Shown: positions 1-11,407, numbered from the stretch's first letter. The stretch: DNA of 34,851 nucleotides from Octopus sinensis (GCF_006345805.1 NW_021829934.1:1-34851); one strand, 5' to 3'. Numbers and translations: made by a program. The notes: a model not told the origin generated them from the letters alone.

Positions 1-275
1 GTAGTAGTAAGTAGTAGTAGTAGTAGTAGTAGTAGTAGCAGCAGCAGCAGCAATAGTAGTAGTAAAAGAAAAAGAAGAGGAAGAAGAAGAAGATGAAGAA
101 GAGGAAGAAGAAAAAGAGGAAGGCGAAGAAGAGGAAGATGAAGAAGAAGAAGAAGAGGAAGAAGAAGAGGAAGAAGAAGAGGAAGAAGAAGAGGAGGAAG
201 AAGAGGAGGTAGAAGAGGAGGTAGAAGAGGAGGAAGAAGAGGAGGAAGAAGAGGAGGTAGAAGAAGAAGAAGAAC
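1..275. repeat. Compound (GTA)n then (GAA/GAG)n microsatellite
   Basis: Directly visible trinucleotide runs. Confidence 0.95.
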
Positions 276-802
276 AATAATATGGACTTTTCAGAAACCC
301 TTAAAACCCTTTTTAAAATCCTTTTGTAACCCTTTTAGTTTCAAAGATGGTTACCTAGAAATGTACCTCTGATGCTTTCTCTCCTTTCTCAGCAACGAAA
401 TGGCGAGAACAGCATTATTACAGATACAGATAAATGAATTTCCGGGAAAGACGAAAGTATTACTGGGAATGACAGTTTTCCTTCCGGAGGCTCTTTTTCC
501 TACCAAAGAGTTTCATGATATTTGAACTCAAGTTATGGATACAGAAATGTCCATTCCAGTACCCAGGATTTAGAAATATCTCCCCCAATACTTGGGAGTG
601 CAGGAGTATCTGGGGTACAAGAACGTCTATCCCATTAGTTTTTCCTTGGGGCAGGCCAGATTGGAGCAATCTCAAGATTAATAAGCCGAAATTGCGAGGA
701 TGACCCGGCTCTTGACTGAAGATTGAAGGCTTCGAATGTCCCGTCCGTGTTTTTTTATCGTCTTCAAAATGCTTTGCGTTCTTGTCCCAGTTTGTATTTT
801 TT

Positions 803-910
803 ATACATACATACATACATACATACATACATACATACATACATACGTACATATATATATATATATATATATCTATATATATATATCTATCTATATATAT
901 ATATATATAT
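803..910. repeat. (TACA)n/(TA)n microsatellite
   Basis: Directly visible. Confidence 0.95.
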
Positions 911-930
911 CACGTGATCACGTGACCGAC
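909..930 (-). mobile_element. 3' tail fragment of the short tRNA-derived SINE seen at 27793-28100
   Basis: ATCACGTGATCACGTGACCGAC next to (TA)n is identical to 27793-27814. Confidence 0.6.
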
Positions 931-1589
931 GTGTACTCCACTGACTAGGGTAGAATTACGCCCGCCCCATTATTCGAATGAGGAACATCTATCCGATAAA
1001 CTTGGGACAGAGTCACATTTACCCCAAGCGTAAAAGAAGGTGAGTCTCATTATTTGGGGTAGGGACACGACCAACATATTACCCTGTAGAGGGGTGCCTG
1101 CCCTATCAACTGGGACAGAGTCACATCTACCTCATTACACGTATCAGAGGAACATATATTCAGTTACGCGGTGTAAAGGATAATGTACCCCATTATCTGG
1201 GGTAGAGAAACGGGTAATCTATTACCTAGTAGAGACACGTCCACCCCTTTATATGTATCAAAGGAATATGCACCCGATTACCTGGCGCAGAGGGAAGTTT
1301 TATCTGTCAAAGTTTTAAGCTGTTACATGTTTATTTTTCGCAATTTTCGTTTTCTGCAACATTCGTACATGTGGCAAGATGGCTGCCGCAGAAGTGAAAG
1401 GAGGAGTTATTCGCCACAATGGTGGTAGGAGATTATGTAAACAAATACATCCTAAATATTCTGAAGCGAAAGAAACAAAATAAAAAAAAAGAAAGAAAAG
1501 GAAAAAAGGAAAATACGTAGGATGAGAATAAAAGCGATAGTTTTGGAGGTTATGGGGCGGCGGGGGAGACTGTAGCGATGGTGGTGAGG

Positions 1590-1636
1590 ATTATGATGAT
1601 GATTATTATGATGATCGTGATGATGATGATGACAAC

Positions 1637-1687
<51 letters not shown>

Positions 1688-1723
1688 GAGGATGATGATG
1701 ATGAGGATGATGATGATGACAAC

Positions 1724-1777
<54 letters not shown>

Positions 1778-1800
1778 AATGATGATGAGGATGATGGATG

Positions 1801-1833
<33 letters not shown>

Positions 1834-1850
1834 CGACGACGACGACGACG
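1590..1850. repeat. (GAT)n microsatellite
   Basis: Directly visible; explains the poly-Met ORF. Confidence 0.95.
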
Positions 1851-2182
1851 GTGATGATATGTTTAGGTCCGTTTGTTCACCGAAAACTTCAATCCAAGAA
1901 CTGAGGTCATTAAGGAAATTATTTTTCGAAACGATTCTTTGAGTTGCAACCGGAAGGAAAGATAACGAATGAGAAATATAAGAAAATACAAGAAGAAAAA
2001 AAAACAGGGAAGAAAACTAGGTTGTGATTACCTCCCCCTTCCTTCCACGACCACCGCCACCTATCACTAAATGACTGTGTACTCACTGTATTAGGTTAAA
2101 ATGAAGAACATTTCTAAACAGGAAGTTGTTAAGTCTATACTCCCTAAAGTGTGCCGAGAGTATTACAAGTACAGTTGTTCTG

Positions 2183-2560
2183 CCTCCTCCTCCTTCTCTT
2201 CCTCCTCCTCCTCCTCTTCCTCTTCCTCCTCCTCTTCTTCTTCTTCTTCTTCTTCTCCTTCTCTCCTCCTCCCCCTCCCCCTCTTCTTCCCCTTCCTCCT
2301 CTTCTTCTTCTTCTTCTTCTTCTTCTCCTTCTCTCCTCCCCCCCCTCCCCCTCTTCTTCCCCTTCCTCCTTCTTCTTCTTCTTCTTCTTCTCCTTCTCTC
2401 CTCTTCCCCCTCTTCCTCTTCCCCCTTCCTCCCCTTCCTCCCCTTCCTCCCCTTCCTCCTCCTCTACCTCTTCCTCCTCCTCAACCTCTTCCTCTTCCCC
2501 CTCTTCATCTTCCTCCCCTTCCTCCTCGTCTTCTTCCTCCTCCTTTCATTTCTTTCTCCT
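2183..2560. repeat. (CTT/CCT)n polypyrimidine tract with internal block duplications
   Basis: Directly visible; explains the poly-Ser/Pro/Leu ORFs. Confidence 0.95.
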
Positions 2561-3150
2561 TCCTCCTACTCATCCTGCTCCTCCTTTCTGCGTTGCTGCT
2601 TTTGTTGTTGTATCAACACTATATGACTGGTACCTTGTTCTAATTGTCCCAGCAAGGATGAAAGGCGAAGCTGATTTGAACTCAGAACGTAAAGGTCATC
2701 AAAATCAAAATAAAGACCAGCGGCTATTAGGACCCTACATTGGTCAACGTTCACCGTCTCCCTCTCTTTTAATCAGCCCTTTTACTGCAGAAATCAGATA
2801 TATCCGCTCAAAATTGCAGGAAGCAATCTATCTTTTGTTGAGAAATGTCAAGTTTGTTGAGGCAACGTGACTTACACAAAATACCAATTCTAGGTTTTTG
2901 GTAGACACCAAGCATCGTTATTGGAACATCCATGAAATTTTGCAGCGAAAGAGATAAGGAAGGTTCGCTTTTGCTCTTGCCCGTACACGCATGCAAGTCT
3001 CCCTTTTCTACAATGATTGTCCAAGAGAAATGCTTGGCATCATTGATATCGCAGGGGTTGCTATCAGAATACAAAAAAAAAAAAAACAGAGCAGATTCCA
3101 CTAAGCATCTTGCCTGACCCCTCTGACAGTTCTGTGAATCCACTGCTCTG

Positions 3151-3283
3151 AATTGGTACTTTTTATCGGTCCCGAAAAGATGAAGGACAAAGTTAACCTC
3201 GGTGATATTTGAACACAGAACGCAGAGACTTGGACCAAGTATCGCGTGGTATTCTATCCAGCGCTCTAACGACCCAGCCAATT
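3151..3283 (-). mobile_element. Decayed copy of SINE family D (head GGCGGCGAGCTGGCAGAA)
   Basis: GGTACTTTTTATCGGTCCCGAAAAGATGAAGGACAAAGTTAACCTCGG aligns to the intact copy at 16180-16409; smaller relic at 2621-2695. Confidence 0.65.
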
Positions 3284-3461
3284 TGTTGCTATTCCAGGTT
3301 AAAGAAAGGTGGTTTATAGATACTCACAATAAAATCGATTAATAGCTGAGTCCACCCGCACAGACACTGAGCGGGTACATGCAGGGTGGTTTGGTTTCTC
3401 TTTGTACATTTCTGGTGGCGTCAACAGCAACGTCCGACGGTACTAGCGGTGATACCTAGCA

Positions 3462-3748
3462 GTGACAGTAGCGACTCCTGGCGGTGCCAGCAGCGACACT
3501 TGACATTGACAGTAGCGACTCCTAACGGTGCAGGCAGCGACACCTGGTGGTGCCAACACCGATTATTCTATGTACTTGCAGAAACCCCTGGCGGTAGCAG
3601 CAGCGACACCAGGTGGTACAAGTAGCGACACCTGGTGGTACAAGTAGCGACATCTAACGGTGCCAGCAGCGACACCTAACGGTGCCAGCAGCGACACCTA
3701 ACGGTGCCAGCAGCGACACCTGGAGGTGCTGGGAGCGACTGTCAGTAG
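3462..3748. repeat. 22-bp GC-rich minisatellite (GCAGCGACACCTAACGGTGCCA), degenerate at left
   Basis: Near-perfect units at ~3645-3725 and diverged units back to ~3440. Confidence 0.85.
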
Positions 3749-3883
3749 TTCCAAGTGCTATTCCTGGTCCTTGTAGAGTTCGGCAATGCCGAAACATGGG
3801 TTTAATAAACAGAATTGTTTCCCAAATAAAATTTCTTCTCAAAATATCTCAAAACCCGCGTCCAACCTCTCAACTGGGACAGA

Positions 3884-3913
3884 ACTACTACTACTACTAC
3901 AACAACAACAACA

Positions 3914-3951
<38 letters not shown>

Positions 3952-3988
3952 CACTACCACCACCACCACTACCACCACAACCACCACC

Positions 3989-4032
<44 letters not shown>

Positions 4033-4108
4033 CACCACAACCACTACCACCACCACTACTACTACTACTACAACTACTACTACTACTACTACTACTGCTG
4101 CTACTACT

Positions 4109-4146
<38 letters not shown>

Positions 4147-4425
4147 GCTGCCGCTGCTGCCGCTGCTGCCGCTGCTGCCGCTGCTGCCGCTGCTGCCGCT
4201 GCTGCCGCTGCTGCCGCTGCTGCCGCTGCTGCCGCTGCTGCCGCTGCCGCTACTGATGCCGCCGCTGCCGCCGCTGCCGCCGCTGCCGCCGCTGCCGCCG
4301 CTGCCGCCGCTGCCGCCGCTGCCGCCGCTGCCGCCGCTGCCGCCGCTGCCGCCGCTGCCGCCGCTGCCGCCGCTGCCGCCGCTGCCGCCGCTCCGCCGCT
4401 ACTGCCACCGCTACCGCTGCTACCA
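3884..4425. repeat. Compound array (CTA)n/(CAA)n/(CCA)n/(GCTGCCGCT)n/(GCCGCTGCC)n
   Basis: Directly visible. Confidence 0.95.
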
Positions 4426-4571
4426 TCATCCGGACATGGAGACGATTTTCCTCAGGGGAGTTCGCTCCCTTTCACACATCAGTTGATTCGTCTGCGACCA
4501 TTGGTGTTTGGATAGGCGTTTAGTCATGCTCGCGGTCTTTTGATGTCTGCTTAGGCGCCCTTCTCGACTAC

Positions 4572-4591
4572 TATACACGTATACGTATATA

Positions 4592-4681
<90 letters not shown>

Positions 4682-4682
4682 C

Positions 4683-4728
<46 letters not shown>

Positions 4729-4837
4729 TACATATATATACATATATATAATTATATATATATATATATATATACATATATATACTAATATATATATAAT
4801 ATATATATATATATAGATATATATATATATATATATG

Positions 4838-4882
<45 letters not shown>

Positions 4883-5215
4883 TATGTATATATATATATG
4901 TATATATATAATAATCTGTATGTATATATATGTATATGTATATATATATGTATATATATATGTATGTATGTATATATATATATATATATATGTATGTATT
5001 TATGCATATATATGTATTAATATATGTGCGTATGTGTGTCTGTGCATGTATGTATATGAATGTGTGTGTATTACGTACACAAAAGCTCTCCCACTCACCC
5101 ACATAAATGCTTGAGTGGTTTACAAGTGCGTTAGTACATACATACATACATACATACATACATACAAACATATGCTCTCACACTCTCATATATTGTACGT
5201 ATGAATGTACGTACG

Positions 5216-5289
<74 letters not shown>

Positions 5290-5454
5290 TATACACACAT
5301 ACCCGTACACACATTTATAAGCACCCTAGAAGTGCATAGATGTGTGTGTGTATATAAATGTCTATGTACGTGTGTATGTGTGCAAGCATGTTTGTATGTA
5401 TGTCTCTATATATATATGTATACATGTTTATATTCATATAAATACATGTAATAC

Positions 5455-5505
<51 letters not shown>
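4572..5505. repeat. (TA)n, (TATG)n, (TATC)n and (TG)n microsatellite field
   Basis: Directly visible. Confidence 0.9.
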
Positions 5506-5509
<4 letters not shown>

Positions 5510-5677
5510 TTCATACATATGAGAGTGTGTGTGTTTATATATAGATAGATAATGTAACTACGCATTCGCACCCTTAAAATTTCCTGGGTGCTGTGACGCA
5601 ACCTCTTCATTCTTCATTCGGGAGACGAACACAAATCTGTGACTCACGCTTACCAACACTTACAATCACAGCTACTA

Positions 5678-5756
5678 CAGTAAACTCACTCCTATCCTAT
5701 CCGGCACCATTTATACCGGAATGTTGCCGGATAACTGAATTTTCTGGATATCTGAT
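5678..5756 (+). mobile_element. Tc1/mariner (pogo/Tigger-like) terminal fragment
   Basis: TA|CAGTAAACTC...ATCCGGCAC...TGCCGGATAACTG resembles Tigger-type termini; similar to the ends at ~7745 and ~25908 on the minus strand. Confidence 0.45.
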
Positions 5757-5850
5757 CATCACTTTTTAAATTACCATTGCCCCTTAGAAAACTCATTAAA
5801 ACTCTGCATGTACATCGGTGTTATCATTATTATTCTGAATATTGTAGAAA

Positions 5851-6412
5851 GGTTCATGGTTTCAGGGGTTGTCAGCAATGAAGGACATGTGATGCCTCCT
5901 TACTTCATTCCATAAGGCCTTAGAGTTAATTGTTAACCCCTGGATAGACAGTGTATACAATGGAAGGCCACATGTATTTCAGTAAGACTCTGCACTATCA
6001 CATGTGGCTCTAGTAACACAGGAATGCATGGTTGAAAATTTTCATGATCACAAAACCCCTAACATTTGGCCTCTTAATTCTCCAGCTCTCAATCCATTGG
6101 ACTATTATATGTGGGGTGTTGTTGAGAGAGAAGTCAATGATCACACCCATAACACCAAAGATTCTTTGAAAGCTGCCATAGTCGGAGTAATGTTCAAAAT
6201 GAACCAGGACCACTTGATTCGAGCATGTAGATGATTTAGATCTCATATAGAAGCAGTTGTTGAAGCTGAAGGTGGCTTTATTGAATAACATTATAGAAAA
6301 GAAGGTTTATTTTTATCCTCATGGCATTTTTTGATAAATAAAGTTATTATTTGTTATTATATATGTTTTTCATAAACATAAATCTGACCTCAAATATCTT
6401 ATGCACCCTATA
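5851..6412 (+). mobile_element. Degenerate DD37D (maT-like) Tc1/mariner transposase C-terminal part plus 3' end
   Basis: Conceptual translation ...VFQ*DSALSH...WPLNSPALNPLDYYMWGVVE...IEAVVEAEGGFIE*; 37 residues between the 2nd and 3rd catalytic D; in-frame stops; ends CACCCTATA (decayed CACCCTGTA-type end). Confidence 0.85.
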
Positions 6413-6486
6413 TATGCAGAAATTCTTGATCATTTTCAAAATGAATTGAACCACATAGAAACGGAAGTACAATTGAAGTAAGTACG

Positions 6487-6850
6487 AGGGAGGCAGATCC
6501 CTAATCTGGGGTGCGACGCACTGCGGCACGTTGTCCCGCTCCAGCCTTGCTGCATCGACAGCACACCCGGTTATAGCCACCCGTAATATAGAGGAGTAAA
6601 AGACGAACAAATATAGGGGCCTGACCGGCTTCTGTCACTTTGTGCCGATCGTCGTCGAGACTTCAGATGTTCTCAGACCATTTCCTCAGCAAGATCGGGA
6701 TTACTGCGGCCCGTCTGATTAAATGAGCCCCGCGAGGTGGGGGTGGTTTGTTGCAACGAACGTTGCTGGCGCCATTCTCCGCGGCAACGCCTTTGCCATC
6801 GGGTCTGCGAGGCGCGGCTAAACACGCCATTTGTTCTTGGGGTATACAAC
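6487..6850 (+). mobile_element. 5'-truncated non-LTR retrotransposon 3' end with a restriction-like endonuclease C-terminus (CRE-clade-like)
   Basis: GGRSLIWGATHCGTLSRSSLA...EE*KTNKYRGL...FVPIVVETS, then across frameshifts ...AILRGNAFAIGSARRG*; matches the recalled WDAT..DTLA / KYxxL / FVPxAVETxG / QRGNA pattern. Confidence 0.7.
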
Positions 6851-7082
6851 CTGTTACTCTCTCCCTGCCTCACTCTCCATCTTCTGCAGTTTAATCTCCC
6901 CCCGCCGTCTTCTCTTTTTCTTTGTTTCCTTGGTGATTAGGGTTCTTTTTTCTCGATTGTTTGGTCTCTTATACGTTTGATGTTTAATTTTTTCTGGACT
7001 GCCATGTTAGCTTGGTGATAACTATTAATACCCAGTACTGCTGCTGTAGTAGATTTAGAAATAATATTTCTATTATATACGC

Positions 7083-7483
7083 GCAGCAGTGGCTGTGTGG
7101 CAAGTAGCTTGCTTACCAACCACATGATTCCGGGTTCATTCCCACTGCGTGGTACCTTAGGCAAGTGTCTTCTACTATAGCCTCGGCCCAACCAAAGCCT
7201 TGTGAGTAGATTTGGTAGATGGAAACTGAAAGAAGCCCGTCGTATATATGTATATGTATATGTGTGTGTGTATGTTTATGTGTCTGTATTTGTCCCCCAA
7301 CATCGCTTGACAACAGATGCTGGTGTGTTTACGTCCCCGTAACTTAGCGGTTCAGCAAAAGAAACCGATAGAATAAGTACTAGGCTTACAAAGAATAAGT
7401 CCTGGGGTCGATTTGCTCGACTAAAGGCGGTGCTCCAGCATGGCCGCAGTCAAATGACTGAAACAAGTAAAAGAATAAAAGAA
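7083..7483 (+). mobile_element. SINE family A (~400 bp, tRNA head, CORE-like CCTTGGGCAAGT domain, internal TA/TG repeat, GTAAAAGA tail)
   Basis: Four near-full copies in window (7083, 17639, 24850, 28758). Confidence 0.9.
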
Positions 7484-7699
7484 AAAATAAGTTTTATTAA
7501 CCTAATACAATACAGGTACACTAAATACAGTAAAACAAAATCCCTGTACAACACTTTGAGAAGCGACAATCCATTTTAGATGCAGTAGAAGCTGTTTTTT
7601 CTATTGTAGACAATTAATTAATTGACACTAATTAGCACAATTTCTCATTACACTAATTAACAACACATTTTTTTCTTTCTTTTTTTTTCTGGGCGCTGG

Positions 7700-7746
7700 T
7701 TGTTTGAGAATTTCGGTTATTTGAGTACCGGGTGAGTTTATTGTAC
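7700..7746 (-). mobile_element. Tigger-like terminal sequence (also at 25846-25908)
   Basis: Minus strand TA|CAATAAACTC...CGGTACTCAAATAACCG..TTCTCAAACAACC. Confidence 0.4.
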
Positions 7747-7857
7747 ATGTATTTCCTGAGCAACTGCAAGGAACGGGTTCGAATCGCAGAACAGGCCTCT
7801 GGCGTAATACAAAATGCAGACGACAAACCTTATCCAATTCCATTAAACTGTCATTCT

Positions 7858-8209
7858 CATGAGGGGGGGGGGAACCCCCTTCGGTCACGACACTGACCAT
7901 GGGATTGCACCCAGAAAGCTACCCTCCTAGTCACAAGTCTGGGCAAGGTTGTTTTATGGAAGACCAGTAGTCGCCCATGCATACCAGCCTCCCCTCTCCA
8001 CGCCACCAGTGTTATCCGAGGGAAAGACAAAGGTCGATACAGCTTGGCACCAGTGGCGTCACAACTCATTTCTACAGCTGAGTGAACTGGAGCAACGTGA
8101 AATAAAGTGTCTTGCTCAAGAACACAACACGCAGCCCGGTCCGGGATTCGAGCTCACAACCTCACGATCGTAAGCTCGACGCTCTAACCACTGAGCCATG
8201 CGCCTTCAC
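7858..8209 (-). mobile_element. SINE family C (head GGCGCATGGCTCAGTGG, V-domain-like GTTGTGTTCTTGAGCAAG) with 13-bp TSD
   Basis: TSD AAACTGTCATTCT at 7845-7857 and 8210-8222; empty site at ~26008-26020; sister copy at 30393-30732. Confidence 0.9.
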
Positions 8210-8667
8210 AAACTGTCATTCTATCATCATTAAATTCTTGCAATCTCAGCAGTCTGACAGGATTCTTTAGAAAGAAATAAACATGGAGAGGAAACGAAAT
8301 CCCTCATCGTTTTTCTTATATTCAAATGTCTAGCGATTGATTTATTTGACTAGATTTCTGCTTCTAGAATTTCTGTGGCGTTTTTTTGTTTATGCAAAGA
8401 AACTGATCTTAAATCCAATGTTTGACTGTACAAGAAATTGAATAAGTGGCTTTATGCGGTTCCCAGTTGATTGCAGTTTATGATTGCTATTAGCATTGCA
8501 TGCGTTGTGTTGTGTTTTGTTTTGTTTAGCTTGTGTTGTGTTGTGTTTATATTGTGTTTATGTTGTGTTGTGTTGTTTGTTGGTTGTTTTCAAGCATCAT
8601 GTTTCATAAATTCATTTCGTTCAAGTTTATTTTCCGCCATCTTTCTTAGAATTTGAGAGGCAATAAA

Positions 8668-8940
8668 ACCACCACCACCACCACCACCACCACCACCACC
8701 ACCACCACCACCACCACCACCACTACCACCACCACCACTACCACACTACCACCACCACCACCAGCGCCACCACCACCACCACCACCACCACACTACCACC
8801 ACCACCACCACCACCACCACTACCAACACTACCACCACCACCACCACCACCACCACTACCACCACCACCACCACCACCACCACCACCACCACCACTACCA
8901 ACACTACCCCCCACAACAACAACAACGACGACGACGACGA
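8668..8940. repeat. (CCA)n microsatellite with CTA/CAA/CGA variants
   Basis: Directly visible. Confidence 0.95.
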
Positions 8941-9168
8941 TGGCGCCGGCGACGACAGCGACGAAGACATGGCACAAAGTATTAGAGCAACATAGCAACA
9001 GCAATGTGAAGTGAAATATTGCGGGTTCAAATCAAACAAACTCCCTAAACTTAAGGAAGTCGACGGGTGGATGTCCCTGTTTTATCAAAATGGAGGGAAA
9101 TGGAATAACAAAAATGGCGTTGAAAGGGGCTGAATGAGGGGAGTGAGTATTTGTCTATTGAGAAAATG

Positions 9169-9171
<3 letters not shown>

Positions 9172-9265
<94 letters not shown>
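9172..9265. repeat. (GA)n microsatellite
   Basis: Directly visible. Confidence 0.95.
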
Positions 9266-9530
9266 AGTGGGAAGAAGAGAATTATTAAATGACATTTTAT
9301 TTTAATATTTTTGGCAATTTAGAATTCCATAAGTTGATAGCTGTTACGAAAAAATGGAGATAACTTGCGCGCGCGCACACACACAGACAGACCCACACAC
9401 ACATACACACACACACACACTCCTATACATACACATACATTTACAGGCATGGCTGTGATGGCTAAGGTGTTCACTTTGCAGCCACATGTTTCCGGGTTCG
9501 GTCCCATTGTGTAGCATCTTGGACAACGAA

Positions 9531-9593
9531 GGCGTCTTAGCCTGGTGGTTACCCTATCTGCTTAACACACAGAAGGTCGTGAGTTGCTGGAAC
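9531..9593 (+). pseudogene. Decayed tRNA-Val(AAC) copy, T-loop deleted
   Basis: TCTGCTTAACACACAGAAGGTCGTGAGTT/GCTGGAAC matches the cluster consensus with an ~8-nt deletion and a mutated 5' half. Confidence 0.75.
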
Positions 9594-9609
9594 GTAAAAA
9601 TTTCTTTAG

Positions 9610-9750
9610 GCGCACGTGTGGCTGTACAGTAAGAAGTGTCCTTCCCAATTACATGGTTCCAGGTTCAGTCCCACTGCGTGGTACCTTGGGCTAGTGTCTA
9701 ATATTTTAGCCTCGGGTGAGTGGATTCGATAGCTGGAAACTGAAAGAAGC
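9610..9750 (+). mobile_element. SINE family A 5' fragment (another at ~9424-9505)
   Basis: GGTTCAGTCCCACTGCGTGGTACCTTGGG...GGAAACTGAAAGAAGCCCGTCG. Confidence 0.75.
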
Positions 9751-9755
9751 CCGTC

Positions 9756-9805
<50 letters not shown>

Positions 9806-9850
9806 GCATGTTTATCTGTGTGTCTTTGTGTCAGTGTTTGTCCTCTACCA

Positions 9851-10210
9851 CCGCTACGTTCTGAGTTCAAATTCCGCCGAGGTCGACTTTGCCTTTTATA
9901 CTTTCGGGGTCGATAAATTAAGTACCAGTCAAGTACTGGGGTCGATGTGATCGATTGTCCCCCTACCCACGAAAATCCAGGCCTTGTGCCTATAGTAGAA
10001 AAGATATAAGGTGGCGAGTTGGACGAAATACTTAGTGGTATTTCTCTTGTCGCTACGTTCTGAGTTCAAATTCCTCCGAGGTTGACTTTGCTTTTCCTCC
10101 TTCGTGGTTCGATAAATTAAGTACCAGTGAAACACTGGGGTCGATATAATCGAGTAGTCCCCCACCAAAGTTTCAGGCCTTGTGCCTTTAGTAGAAAGGA
10201 TTATTATTAT
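9851..10210 (+). mobile_element. Two tandem copies of SINE family D (9851-9995 partial, 10008-10210)
   Basis: GTTCTGAGTTCAAATTCC..CGAGGT.GACTTTGC...GATAAATTAAGTACCAG present twice. Confidence 0.85.
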
Positions 10211-10412
10211 TTGATAAATTCTCAATGACTCAGGGAATTGTTGTTGATATTGTCGCTGAAATATAATATATTAATGGTATAAATAAATAAATAAATAAAA
10301 ACCTTATGTAAGAATTAGAAAATTAACGATAAAATAAATGGATAAATAAATATAAATAATGACGCAAGAATTAGAAAGCCCTAACCCCATAAAAAAAAAG
10401 AGATGTGCTTGA

Positions 10413-10484
10413 GGTTCCAGCGAGTTTCGAACTCGCGACCTTCTGCGTGTTAAGCAGATGTGATAACCGCTACACCATGGAACC
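10413..10484 (-). tRNA. tRNA-Val-AAC: tRNA-Val(AAC), intact
   Basis: GGTTCCATGGTGTAGCGGTTATCACATCTGCTTAACACGCAGAAGGTCGCGAGTTCGAAACTCGCTGGAACC folds as a cloverleaf; A and B boxes intact; T9 terminator 13 nt downstream; N73=T. Confidence 0.9.
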
Positions 10485-10754
10485 CCGATGGCTTCGCGGG
10501 CAAATATCTTCATTATTAACTGTTTGTACCGAGAAATTTTAGAAGCAGACTTGGATATTTCGCTCGGTTGTGGTTGATATTGTCGGAGGTCGTTGTGGTG
10601 GGGGCCGATCTACCACCCCTCCCACCCACTCCCACCCCTCCCACAATAATAGCAACAACAACTAGAAGAAAACGTCATCAACAACAACGGCGACATCGAC
10701 AAAAGGAATGAGGGTGGTGGAGTGTTTTTTATATATGAAAATAATAAGAAAAAG

Positions 10755-10826
10755 AGCTCCACCAAGATTCGATCCCACGATCCACTGCGTATCAAGCAGA
10801 TCTGATAACTGCAACAACAAAGAATG
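10755..10826 (-). pseudogene. Decayed tRNA-Val-derived copy, GAT at the anticodon position
   Basis: 72-nt gapless alignment to the consensus; TCTGC TTGATAC GCAGT; acceptor stem and boxes broken. Confidence 0.65.
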
Positions 10827-11053
10827 ACTTATCTTGACGGAACACCAATGAACCTTCATAAGGAACTATGTTACCGATTCAAGGACAAACACAGGAAGTA
10901 AAAGACATCAGAAATACAAAGATAACCTCGGTGGGAGTTGAACTCAGAGGACAAACACCCAGAACCAATACTACAGTTTATTATATCCGACGATCGAATG
11001 ACTACACCAATTATCTGCCTTAAAAAAAAGGAAAACAGTAAAAAAAAAACCTA

Positions 11054-11125
11054 GGTTCCAGCGAGTTTCGAACTCACGACCTTCTGCGTGTTAAGCAGAT
11101 GTGATAACCACTACACCACGGAACC
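11054..11125 (-). tRNA. tRNA-Val-AAC: tRNA-Val(AAC), intact (G7:U66)
   Basis: Consensus except A7G; T-tract within ~5 nt downstream; N73=T. Confidence 0.9.
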
Positions 11126-11352
11126 AATTAACATCAACGTTTGCAATATATATTTCTATAGAGTTTACTATTGATTTGGGTTTTAAGTGAACGGAATTTA
11201 GAAATGGAAGAGAGACGGAATAATTCTTTCTGATTTTGGCATAAGACCAACAAGTTTTTAAGAGTTTCAACAGTAGAAGGTGTCAGACCGATGAAATTTC
11301 TTTTCTAAAGAGGTGCGACAACAATAATAATAGCGACAACAACAACAAAAAC

Positions 11353-11404
<52 letters not shown>

Positions 11405-11407
<3 letters not shown>

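Noticed and set aside
294-345. AAACCCTT-like repeats as an interstitial telomere
   Set aside because: Irregular, with no true (CCCTAA)n units
2780-3075. Possible protein relic (NTNSRF...LGIIDIAG, vaguely myosin-like)
   Set aside because: Motif spacing is far too short for a myosin motor, there are in-frame stops and no other support
1578-5548. Long ORFs of poly-Met, poly-Ser/Pro, poly-Tyr/His/Ala and (YI)n, and similar ones at 8.6, 21, 27.2 and 34.4 kb
   Set aside because: Translations of microsatellites that lack stops; no domain, splice or codon evidence for real exons
7750-8400. MELDKV... ORF (also 25740-26006) as a pogo/CENP-B HTH transposase
   Set aside because: Resemblance is too weak, and the ORF runs into rather than out of the putative terminus; only the terminal motif was kept, at low confidence
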